Source: Acidobacteriota bacterium
Lineage (GTDB): Bacteria; Acidobacteriota; Vicinamibacteria; Vicinamibacterales; JAMQPK01
Length of the DNA: 60,490 nucleotides
Assembly: GCA_031395755.1 (NCBI GenBank)
Contig: JANNJO010000428.1
Location: 1-60,490 of the forward strand
Direction: 5' to 3'
Shown: positions 44,222-51,934 of the stretch, piece by piece
Layout of the letters: each line of letters starts with the position of its first letter
Position numbering within the stretch: position 1 is the stretch's first letter
Position numbers and translations under genes: made by a program
Notes under the pieces: model-generated
What the model was told of the DNA's origin: nothing
What the model saw: the letters and a program-made list of their open reading frames with translations, nothing else
Database searches by the model: none

Positions 44222-45114
44222 TTCGGTGGCGGTTCAATGTGGATGATTGCATCCGCGATTTGCGGATAACGTTCCATCAGGAGATCCTTCACCTGGTGCG
44301 ACACGGCGTGCGCATCGGTGAGCGGGGTCGCGCCATCCAGCCAGACGTGGAGATCGAGAAAGACGTGGTCGGCCGAGCCGCGGGAACGGATGTGGTGGCA
44401 GCCAAGCACGGTGGGCACGCTTTGCACGACCCGCCGGACATCGTCCTCGGAAATCACAATCGCATCCGACAGAATCTTGGCGGCATCGCGCGCGATGGTG
44501 AAGCCCGCATAGCCGATGAAGCCGATGATGACGACCGCCGCGAGCGGATCGAGAATGGGATACCCGATGGCCGAGCCCGCGAGCGCGGCGATGACCGCAA
44601 TCGACGTCAGCACGTCGCTCTGCGTGTGGCGCGCATCGGCGAGCAGCAGCTCACTGGAAAGACGCCGGCCGGCCCCGCGTTCGAACCGCACGACGGCTAT
44701 ATTGATGGCCAGCGTGGCGAACATGATGGCGAAACTGGCCGCTGTGACGGACGGCGCGCCGCCGGTCCGAAACCTGGCGAAGGCCAACTGCGCGATTTCG
44801 ACGACGATCACGAGGAGGAAGAGCGCGACGGCCGCGGCTGCGAGCGTTTCGAACTTTCGGTGGCCGTAGGGATGATTGGCATCAGGCGGCTTGTTCGCGA
44901 GCCGCAGACCGACGAGCGCCACGACGTTCGACGCGCCGTCGGTCAGGGAGTGGAACCCATCCGACAGAATGCTGATCGAGCCGGTCAGGTGGCCGAAGGC
45001 GACCTTGGTGAGTGCGACGGCCAGGTTGAGGAGAAGGATGCGGAGGAGGACGCGCCGGACTTCGCGGTAGCGGGAGTCGCGGGTTAGAAAAGTCGTGCGG
45101 TCGGTATCGGCCAC
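44197..45114 (-). CDS. cation diffusion facilitator (CDF) family metal efflux transporter
   Basis: ORF 44197-45243. GTG 45114 is the last canonical in-frame start before TM1. Contains SILSDGFHSLTDG and HPYGHRKFE motifs and a C-terminal cytoplasmic domain. Confidence 0.85.
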   Translation of the reverse strand: MADTDRTTFLTRDSRYREVRRVLLRILLLNLAVALTKVAFGHLTGSISILSDGFHSLTDGASNVVALVGLRLANKPPDANHPYGHRKFETLAAAAVALFLLVIVVEIAQLAFARFRTGGAPSVTAASFAIMFATLAINIAVVRFERGAGRRLSSELLLADARHTQSDVLTSIAVIAALAGSAIGYPILDPLAAVVIIGFIGYAGFTIARDAAKILSDAIVISEDDVRRVVQSVPTVLGCHHIRSRGSADHVFLDLHVWLDGATPLTDAHAVSHQVKDLLMERYPQIADAIIHIEPPPKESSVSSR

Positions 45115-45713
45115 CAGCGGATTTGCACCTTCCCGATGATGTAGCGCTTCGGCACGAAGCCCCAGTGGCGGCTGTCTGAGCTGTTGTTCCGGTGATCGCC
45201 GAGCACGAAGTAGTAGCCTTCGGGAATCACCTGCGGGCCCCAATCGTCGTGCGCCCGGTAGTCTTCCGGCACGAAGTCGTCTTTCATGGGCGATTCGTTG
45301 ACGAACACGTTGCCGTCGACGATGCGCACCGTATCGCCTTCTTCGGCGATCACGCGTTTGACGAACGACTTGTTGGGATCGATGGGGTAGTACAGCATCA
45401 CGATGTCGCCGTGATGCGGCTCGCCGATGCGATAGGCGAGCTTGTTGACGATCAGACGATCCTGATCTTCGAGCGTCGGCGCCATGCTCATGCCTTCGAC
45501 GCGTGCGACCTGGAAGCCGAAGGTGACGATCAGTGTGGCGTACACCGCTGCCGACGCCAGTGTCTTGAACCAGGCGACGAGCTCGTCGCGGACCAGCTGC
45601 AGCCGCTCCGCGGTCTTGGACCGGGCCGCGGGGTCGGCAGGCACCGGCACGGTGACGATGACGGGAGCGACGACCGATCCCGCTGACGGGTCGCCGGCCA
45701 GGGCGGGCTCCAT
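45084..45713 (-). CDS. lepB: signal peptidase I
   Basis: 209 aa with GMSMAPTL (catalytic Ser) and the GDHRNNSSDSR box. Confidence 0.9.
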   Translation of the reverse strand: MEPALAGDPSAGSVVAPVIVTVPVPADPAARSKTAERLQLVRDELVAWFKTLASAAVYATLIVTFGFQVARVEGMSMAPTLEDQDRLIVNKLAYRIGEPHHGDIVMLYYPIDPNKSFVKRVIAEEGDTVRIVDGNVFVNESPMKDDFVPEDYRAHDDWGPQVIPEGYYFVLGDHRNNSSDSRHWGFVPKRYIIGKVQIRWWPIPTARLF

Positions 45714-45781
45714 GCCCAGATGCAGCTGTTCGGCCTCGCCGAGCTGGATGCGGGGGCCTGCCCCGAGCGACGTCGAGGCGG

Positions 45782-46555
45782 TTACAACCGCAGGTACTCC
45801 CGTAACCGCTTCGTCTGAGCGCGGCTCACCGGGATCTCCGTCGCCTTCGCGTCCTTCATCCTGAGGATGTAATTCCTGCTGAACCAGGGGACTATCTCCT
45901 TGACCTTGTTGATGTTAACCAGGTGGGACCGATGGACCCTCCAGAAGATGCTAGGGTCGAGTCGCGCCTGCAGCTCATCCAGCGTTCTAAAGTTAGAGGT
46001 CCCCGCCAGCTGGCTGGTTACTATGTTAATCGAGTCGTCCGTCAGCGAGGCATAGATAATCTCTTCGGCCTGGACGAGCAGAAACCGGTCGCCGACCTTG
46101 ACGGCGACGCGCTCCCGCTTGCTCTGCCGCTCCGACATGAGTTGCACGATGCGCTCGATCTGGCCGTCCAGCGGGGCGTCGTTGGTCGGCACCACCCGCT
46201 GGCGCGCCCGTTCAACGGCCTTCTCGAGCCTGGCCGCCTCGACAGGTTTTAACAGGTAATCCACGGCATTCACTTCGAACGCTTCAATCGCGTGGCGATC
46301 GAACGCCGTGACGAACACGATATTCGGCGAGCTCCCGTTCTGAATGAGCCGATGCGCCACTTCGAAACCATTGAGGCCCGGCATCTGCACGTCGAGAAAC
46401 ACCACGTCGGGCGCCAGGCGCTCGACCATACCGACGGCCTCGAGGCCGTTGCCGGCCTGCGCGATGACCTCGACGCTGCCCATCTGCTCGAGCATGTAGC
46501 ACAGCTCTTCGCGGGCAAGCTGCTCGTCGTCGACGACGATGGCTTTCAATGACAT
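45782..46555 (-). CDS. LytR/AlgR-family response regulator (REC + LytTR)
   Basis: 257 aa. REC (VVFLDVQMPG) and a LytTR C-terminal domain. Confidence 0.9.
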   Translation of the reverse strand: MSLKAIVVDDEQLAREELCYMLEQMGSVEVIAQAGNGLEAVGMVERLAPDVVFLDVQMPGLNGFEVAHRLIQNGSSPNIVFVTAFDRHAIEAFEVNAVDYLLKPVEAARLEKAVERARQRVVPTNDAPLDGQIERIVQLMSERQSKRERVAVKVGDRFLLVQAEEIIYASLTDDSINIVTSQLAGTSNFRTLDELQARLDPSIFWRVHRSHLVNINKVKEIVPWFSRNYILRMKDAKATEIPVSRAQTKRLREYLRL

Positions 46556-46571
46556 AAGAAGCTACCAGCTG

Positions 46572-47900
46572 TCATGCCGTGATCCTCTCGGCAGAGGTCA
46601 TGTCAGGAATTTCCAGCCGGATGATGGTGCCGAGGTTCGGTACGCTCGTGATTCTGACGCGATAGGCGGCGCCGTAGATCACGCTGAGGCGCTCGTTCAC
46701 GTTGCTGAGTCCGATGCCGTCGGTGAGCGCGGTGCCCATGCGCTCGTCGGTCATGCCGAGCCCGTCGTCTTCGACCTCGAGGATCGCATGTCCGTTCTGA
46801 CGCACGCTGCGGATGATGATGCGGCCGCCGCCGACCTTGCGCGAGAACCCGTGCTTGATGGAGTTCTCGACGAGCGGCTGCAGGATCATGCTCGGCACGA
46901 TCACATCGAGCGTGTCGGGGCTGATCTGCTTTTCGACCTTGAGCTGGGGCCCGAAGCGGATGACCTCGATATCGAGGTACTCGTCGATCGACTCCAACTC
47001 CTCGCGGAGCGTGACGAAATGATCGCCGCTGCGCAGCAGCCGCCGCAGCAGCCCCGAGAGCTTCACGATGACGGTCCGGGCCGTCTCCGGGTCCGATCGG
47101 ATGAGGGACTGGATGGACGTCAGGGTGTTGAAGAGGAAGTGCGGGTTAATCTGGCTCGCCAGCGCTTCCACGCGCGCCGTGAGCAACAGCTTTTCCTGTT
47201 CTTCCAGGCGATGCTCGATGCGCGCGTTGTTCCAGATTTTGATGGGGGTGGCCACGCACAACACGGTCGTCAGCACCACCAGGAAGATCCACCACGCCGA
47301 CATGTCCTCCATGTGAAGGAAGAAGAGACGCTCCACGCTGAACCGCCAGCCCAGCGCCTGCCGCAGCAACTCGAGCATCACGGGCGCGAGGAGGAGGATG
47401 ACGGCCCAGTCGACGCTCACCGTCTTGACCATGCGCCAGACATGCCGATGCAGCTTGGTGAACACGAACGGCGAGAAGTGCCAGATCTCTTCCTTGTTGG
47501 GGCACGCCTCGCGGAGTCCGCCGCCCGCGAAGCCGCACCCGACCGCGAAGAACAGCGCGATGAACTCCCCGTTCAGCAGCGCGGGCGTGGCCACCATCAG
47601 CCCGACGAGGGCGCCGGCGTAGGGCCCCGCAATCAGTCCGGCCAGGAACGCGCCTTCGAGCGTCAGATCGGCCGCGTCGTAGTGGAGCAGGACACGCGAG
47701 GCCACGCCTGCCGCGAGCGGCACTCCGAGGCTGACCGCGAACAGCAGCCGCTCAGGCCATGCCCGCCGCTCCGAAATGAGAATGTGTCGGAAGCGGTGAT
47801 ACCGGACGAGGATCGTCGCGAGGGCCGCGACGATCGTGATCTTGACGACCAGCGTCGTCAGCAGAATCTGATCGGCCGGAAGGAATTTCGGCTCTGGCAT
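46572..47900 (-). CDS. LytS-like sensor histidine kinase (5TM receptor + His_kinase/HATPase)
   Basis: Part of ORF 46572-48482, from the in-frame ATG 47900 (MPEPKFL...). Contains the QINPHFLFNTL motif typical of LytS/YehU kinases. The rest of the long ORF overlaps nuoI on the other strand. Confidence 0.85.
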   Translation of the reverse strand: MPEPKFLPADQILLTTLVVKITIVAALATILVRYHRFRHILISERRAWPERLLFAVSLGVPLAAGVASRVLLHYDAADLTLEGAFLAGLIAGPYAGALVGLMVATPALLNGEFIALFFAVGCGFAGGGLREACPNKEEIWHFSPFVFTKLHRHVWRMVKTVSVDWAVILLLAPVMLELLRQALGWRFSVERLFFLHMEDMSAWWIFLVVLTTVLCVATPIKIWNNARIEHRLEEQEKLLLTARVEALASQINPHFLFNTLTSIQSLIRSDPETARTVIVKLSGLLRRLLRSGDHFVTLREELESIDEYLDIEVIRFGPQLKVEKQISPDTLDVIVPSMILQPLVENSIKHGFSRKVGGGRIIIRSVRQNGHAILEVEDDGLGMTDERMGTALTDGIGLSNVNERLSVIYGAAYRVRITSVPNLGTIIRLEIPDMTSAERITA

Positions 47901-47927
47901 GCCCGACAGGGAAGAGCTTAACCCATT

Positions 47928-48413
47928 GTGGCTTACAATGTTGGGAGCATGATTAAGCAGATTCTGGAGAACACCGGCGCGTTGATCACCGGGTTCGCGA
48001 CGACCTTCAAGTACATGTTCAAGCCTTCGGTCACCGTGAACTACCCCGATCAGAAAGTGCCGATGTTTCCCAAGTGGCGAGGCAAGCAGGTACTGATGCG
48101 CGACGAGGCCGGCCTGGAGAAATGCGTCGCGTGCGGGCTGTGCGCGGTTGCGTGCCCGGCAGACGCGATTTACCTCGAGGCAGCTGAAAACGACGGCACG
48201 GTCATGGCGGGGCCGCGCTACGCCGTGACCTACCAGATTCACAAAACGCGCTGCATCTTCTGCGGGTACTGCGAAGAAGCGTGCCCGGTGTCGGCGATTT
48301 TCATGGGCAAGGATTACGAGCTTGCGGTCTACAACAAGAGCGACTTCATCTGGGACAAGACGGATCTTCTCGTCCCGGTGCCTGCCGACGCACCCACTCC
48401 AGCGCAGAGATAA
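47928..48413 (+). CDS. nuoI: NADH-quinone oxidoreductase subunit I-like 2x[4Fe-4S] ferredoxin (orphan)
   Basis: Strong collinearity with NuoI/Nqo9: YPDQK...GLEKCVACGLCAVACPADAI...CIFCGYCEEACPVSAI. ATG 47949 is an alternative start. No other nuo genes lie nearby. Confidence 0.85.
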   Translation: MAYNVGSMIKQILENTGALITGFATTFKYMFKPSVTVNYPDQKVPMFPKWRGKQVLMRDEAGLEKCVACGLCAVACPADAIYLEAAENDGTVMAGPRYAVTYQIHKTRCIFCGYCEEACPVSAIFMGKDYELAVYNKSDFIWDKTDLLVPVPADAPTPAQR

Positions 48414-49067
48414 GTGACCTTCGGGGCAGTCGGCGATATTCACGGAGACTTCGAGGCGCTCGATCGTGTGATGGCGTCCCACCCGGAGGTGGCCTTCTGG
48501 CTGTGCCCCGGAGATCTTCCCGACGAAAACGGCGAGTATCCGCGGCCGCGCGCGCCCCTGTATTGGATCAAAGGCAACAACGAAGACTTCGACTTCGTGG
48601 CGGCTCAGCCTTCAGGGTCCGGGACCATCCCGAACCTGTTCTACATTCCCAATGCACATGCCGTCCAGGTATCCGGTCTGACGATCGCGGGCCTCGGCGG
48701 CACCTTCGCGCCCACGTGGTACGACAAGCCGGCCACTGACCTGCGGCGTCTGACCGCGCGTGACGATCGGCGCCGTCATTTTGTGCAGGAGGAAGTCGAG
48801 GCGTGCAAAGCGCTCTCGGGCGTTGACGTGTTCTTATCCCACGAAGCGCCGCGGCCGTTTCCGCTGGCGCGCGTCAAGGACGCGGGAAAGACACAAATCA
48901 ACGAAGTGCTGTCGGCCATGCGTCCCCGGCTGCACCTCTTCGGGCATCATCACAGGTACACGGCGGCCGAGCGCCAGCACGTCCCCTCCATCGGGCTCGC
49001 GGTGGTGTCCGATTCCTATCTCGTTGTCGACGGCACCACCCTCGCTCACGAACACCTGACAATCTGA
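48414..49067 (+). CDS. metallophosphoesterase (calcineurin-like)
   Basis: GDIHGD, GNNED and GHHH motifs in order. The GTG start immediately follows the nuoI stop. Confidence 0.75.
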   Translation: MTFGAVGDIHGDFEALDRVMASHPEVAFWLCPGDLPDENGEYPRPRAPLYWIKGNNEDFDFVAAQPSGSGTIPNLFYIPNAHAVQVSGLTIAGLGGTFAPTWYDKPATDLRRLTARDDRRRHFVQEEVEACKALSGVDVFLSHEAPRPFPLARVKDAGKTQINEVLSAMRPRLHLFGHHHRYTAAERQHVPSIGLAVVSDSYLVVDGTTLAHEHLTI

Positions 49068-49090
49068 TATATAGTCCTGACCGGAGGGGT

Positions 49091-49795
49091 ATGGCGCTGC
49101 TTTTTCCGCGAGAACCGAACTACGACAAGGACTTCGCGGGCAGCGACGCGGCGACCCGCTCGTTGTCGGCCATCTCGCTCGAGACGTCGTTTGTCGAAGG
49201 CGTCTACGAGAAAATGGCGTCGGTGTACGATCTCTTTTTCTGGCTTCCACTGCATCCTGGCCGCGCGAGAGCCATCCTGCGCATGGCGATCAGCCCGGAG
49301 GATCAGATTCTTGAAGTCGGCGTCGGCACCGGCATCAGCCTGCCGCTCTATCCCCGGCGCTGCTCGGTGACGGGGATCGATCTCTCGGAAGGGATGCTCG
49401 ATCGCGCCCGCACGCGCGTGGCGCAGTACAACCTGAGCCACGTCCGGCTCATCCAGATGGACGCCACCGAGTTGAGATTTCCCGACGATTCATTCGACAT
49501 CGTCTACGCGCCGTACTTCATCAACTGCGTACCCGATCCGCTGGCGGTGACCCGCGAGATGAGGCGGGTCTGCCGGCCGGGTGGGCGGCTCGTGTTCCTC
49601 AATCACTTTCTGAGCGACAACCCGATTCCGTCGAGAATCGAGCGCGCGATCGCGCCGCTGACCCTGCACCTCGGCTTCAAATCGGATTTCGATCTTCCGG
49701 CGTTTCTCGCGCAGACCGGTTTGCACGCCGAGTCGATCGAAAAGGTGAACGTTCCAAGAATCTGGTCGCTCGTGATTTGTCCAAATGGGCAATGA
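49091..49795 (+). CDS. class I SAM-dependent methyltransferase, Rhodobacter-type phospholipid N-methyltransferase-like
   Basis: SAM motif ILEVGVGTGISLPLY. The overall pattern resembles R-type PmtA as I recall it. Confidence 0.7.
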   Translation: MALLFPREPNYDKDFAGSDAATRSLSAISLETSFVEGVYEKMASVYDLFFWLPLHPGRARAILRMAISPEDQILEVGVGTGISLPLYPRRCSVTGIDLSEGMLDRARTRVAQYNLSHVRLIQMDATELRFPDDSFDIVYAPYFINCVPDPLAVTREMRRVCRPGGRLVFLNHFLSDNPIPSRIERAIAPLTLHLGFKSDFDLPAFLAQTGLHAESIEKVNVPRIWSLVICPNGQ

Positions 49796-50436
49796 ACCGA
49801 CTATCGGATTACCAGACCTTCCTTACCCAGTTCCTTCGTAATCACGAGACGACGGGGTCGCTGATTCCCAGCGGGCGGGCGCTCGGCAACGCGCTGTGCC
49901 GCCACGTCGGTCAGGGCAACGCTCCGCAGAAAATTCTTGAAGCCGGACCGGGAACGGGCGCGGTCACGGGCTGTATTATCGAGCGGCTGCGTCAGGACGA
50001 TCGGCTCTGGATGGTCGAGCTCAATCCGATGTTTGCCGCGCACCTGCGCAGCGCCTTCAAGGAGAAGCCGTCGTTCCGGGACGCCGCCAACCGCTGCCAC
50101 CTCGTGGAAGGATCGGTGCAGGAGCTCGGCCCGCTGGGCAATGACGGGCAGTTCGATCTCGTCATCTCGGGTCTCCCGCTCAATAACTTCTCGTCTGAAA
50201 ACGTCCGCGACATCCTTCAAGCCTACTCGAAGCTGTTGAAGCCGGGCGGGGTTCTCTCGTTTTTTCAGTACATCCTGATCCGCCCGGCAAAGATGTTCGT
50301 AAGCGGTGGCCTGGAGCGCGATCGGCTGAAAGGGGTCGGCGAGGCCATCGAAGGAGTGCTGGGCGAGAAAGAGTTCGCCCGAGAATGGGTCTGGCCGAAC
50401 GTGCCGCCGGCCTGGGTCCACCACATTCGGTTCTGA
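49792..50436 (+). CDS. SAM-dependent methyltransferase, Sinorhizobium-type (COG3963-like) phospholipid N-methyltransferase-like
   Basis: ATGA overlap with the upstream stop (49792-49795). Contains TGSLIPSGRAL...ILEAGPGTGAVT...ISGLPLNNF. Confidence 0.7.
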   Translation: MNRLSDYQTFLTQFLRNHETTGSLIPSGRALGNALCRHVGQGNAPQKILEAGPGTGAVTGCIIERLRQDDRLWMVELNPMFAAHLRSAFKEKPSFRDAANRCHLVEGSVQELGPLGNDGQFDLVISGLPLNNFSSENVRDILQAYSKLLKPGGVLSFFQYILIRPAKMFVSGGLERDRLKGVGEAIEGVLGEKEFAREWVWPNVPPAWVHHIRF

Positions 50437-50437
50437 C

Positions 50438-50486
50438 GCAGAGAGGGCAGAGGGCGGAGGGAAGAGAACTTAGAACTTAGAACCTA
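50438..50486. repeat. seven phased heptamers (family 4): GCAGAGA GGGCAGA GGGCGGA GGGAAGA GAACTTA GAACTTA GAACCTA, locus G
   Basis: Starts 2 nt after the TGA at 50434-50436 and runs across the convergent stop (50470-50472) into the last 5 codons of the glycosyltransferase. Confidence 0.9.
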
Positions 50487-51600
50487 GCGCCAGGATCTCA
50501 TCCGCCGCGACGTCAGCGCCGTTCAGCGCGGGTGTTTCAGGCGGCGCCGGCTGGCTCAGCAGCGCCTCGAGCGCCGGCGCCCAGTTCCCCTTCAGCAAGT
50601 CCTCCTGCTCGATGAACTGCGCGCGGAGATAGCGCGGCATCTCTCGCACGAGCACCTCGTATTCGACGAAGCGGCCGCGCGACGTGTAGAGGATGGCCGT
50701 ATCGTTGGCGATCGATTCGCTGATGATCCCGTAGCCGGGTTTCGTCACGACGACATCTGCGGCGCGGACGAGATCTTCGTACCGATACCCGTCGGCGTGC
50801 AGTTGCTGCTCCGACAGATAGAGCACCCCCGGCGCCAGTTCGATCGCATGATCGCGGGTGGGCAGGTCGGTCGTCGCGATGCGGTAGTCTCGCAGCGCGC
50901 CGACCCTGCTGCTCTCGAGGTCCGCCAATCCGTACCCACCGAATGACATCAGGACGAGCGGCTTGTCCCCTGCGCGCGGCGGCAGGCCGAGCGCTCGCCG
51001 CACCTCATCCGGTTCGCGCCGCGATTGCCGGGCGACGAAAGGGATGTCGCGCGTGACGCGCTCGAGTCCCGCGAAACCTCCGGACGCGGGGAGCCGCAGC
51101 GCCCTGGTCGCCTTCTGGTAGGTTGCGCGAATCTCCTGCGAGAGCTCGAAAGGCGACTGCTCCGGGTACCCCTCGTAGATCCAGTCCCACGTGAAGTTGC
51201 CGATCGCCACCGCAGGTACACCGGCGGCGGCCGCCGCCGCAAAGGCCAGCGGCGGAATATCGCCGACCACCACTCGCGCGCCCGCCTGCCGAAGAAATGC
51301 GGCTTCGCTCTCGGCTTTGTGCGGCAGCTCTGCCTGAAACGCCCGTGCCTGCCTGATGCTCTCAGCTTCGTCGATATGAAGACTGTCGATCTGGACCATG
51401 CCGGTGTCGCATGACAGCTCCGCGAACTCGATTCGACCCGCCAGCGCGCGTTCGAACAGGCGTCTGGGCGCCGGCGTCTTTACAACAATCGCGGCGTCCG
51501 GCCGGCGGCGAAGGACCGCCTGGATGACTTCGATGGTCCGCGACGTGTGGCCGAAACCGTGCCCCGACACGTAAAAGACGATGGGATATGATGGGCTCAT
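50470..51600 (-). CDS. glycosyltransferase (GT-B fold, MurG/GT28-like)
   Basis: 376 aa. N-terminal FYVSGHGFGHTSR and a C-terminal nucleotide-sugar-binding-like region (VVTKPGYGIISE). Confidence 0.65.
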   Translation of the reverse strand: MSPSYPIVFYVSGHGFGHTSRTIEVIQAVLRRRPDAAIVVKTPAPRRLFERALAGRIEFAELSCDTGMVQIDSLHIDEAESIRQARAFQAELPHKAESEAAFLRQAGARVVVGDIPPLAFAAAAAAGVPAVAIGNFTWDWIYEGYPEQSPFELSQEIRATYQKATRALRLPASGGFAGLERVTRDIPFVARQSRREPDEVRRALGLPPRAGDKPLVLMSFGGYGLADLESSRVGALRDYRIATTDLPTRDHAIELAPGVLYLSEQQLHADGYRYEDLVRAADVVVTKPGYGIISESIANDTAILYTSRGRFVEYEVLVREMPRYLRAQFIEQEDLLKGNWAPALEALLSQPAPPETPALNGADVAADEILALGSKF

Positions 51601-51931
51601 GGATGAACGGGACTTTTTTACCGAGCGCCCTGAGCAGAAGCCTGCTCAATATTCCTGCCCCCGCTGCAAGCGCCGCAACGAGTACATGGTGCGCTGGATG
51701 CGTCGCACGAAAAAGCCATCGCTGCCGCCCCGCGCTGACGCCCGCGATCGCGCGCTGTACGCCAAGCTCCGCGATTATCTCATCAGGTTGGACGATGACG
51801 TCGTCTGCAAGGCCTGTAGCAAGCGGTTCGAGATCCCGTCGCACCAGTCGATGGTGTTCGTGGACGAACAGGGGAAGACGCCCCAGGGCAACGACGATCC
51901 GGACGACGACAACCGCGGCAATCGCGCATAA
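51599..51931 (+). CDS. small zinc-ribbon protein (CxxC...CxxC)
   Basis: MDERDFF...YSCPRCKRRNEY...VVCKACSKRFEIP. The ATG at 51599-51601 interlocks with the divergent ATG (complement of 51598-51600). Confidence 0.45.
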   Translation: MDERDFFTERPEQKPAQYSCPRCKRRNEYMVRWMRRTKKPSLPPRADARDRALYAKLRDYLIRLDDDVVCKACSKRFEIPSHQSMVFVDEQGKTPQGNDDPDDDNRGNRA

Positions 51932-51934
51932 TCA

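Noticed and set aside
46572-48482. A 636-aa ORF read as a single large kinase gene.
   Set aside because: Only the part downstream of ATG 47900 looks like a LytS-type kinase. The upstream 194 codons overlap the well-supported nuoI gene on the other strand and have no TM or kinase features.
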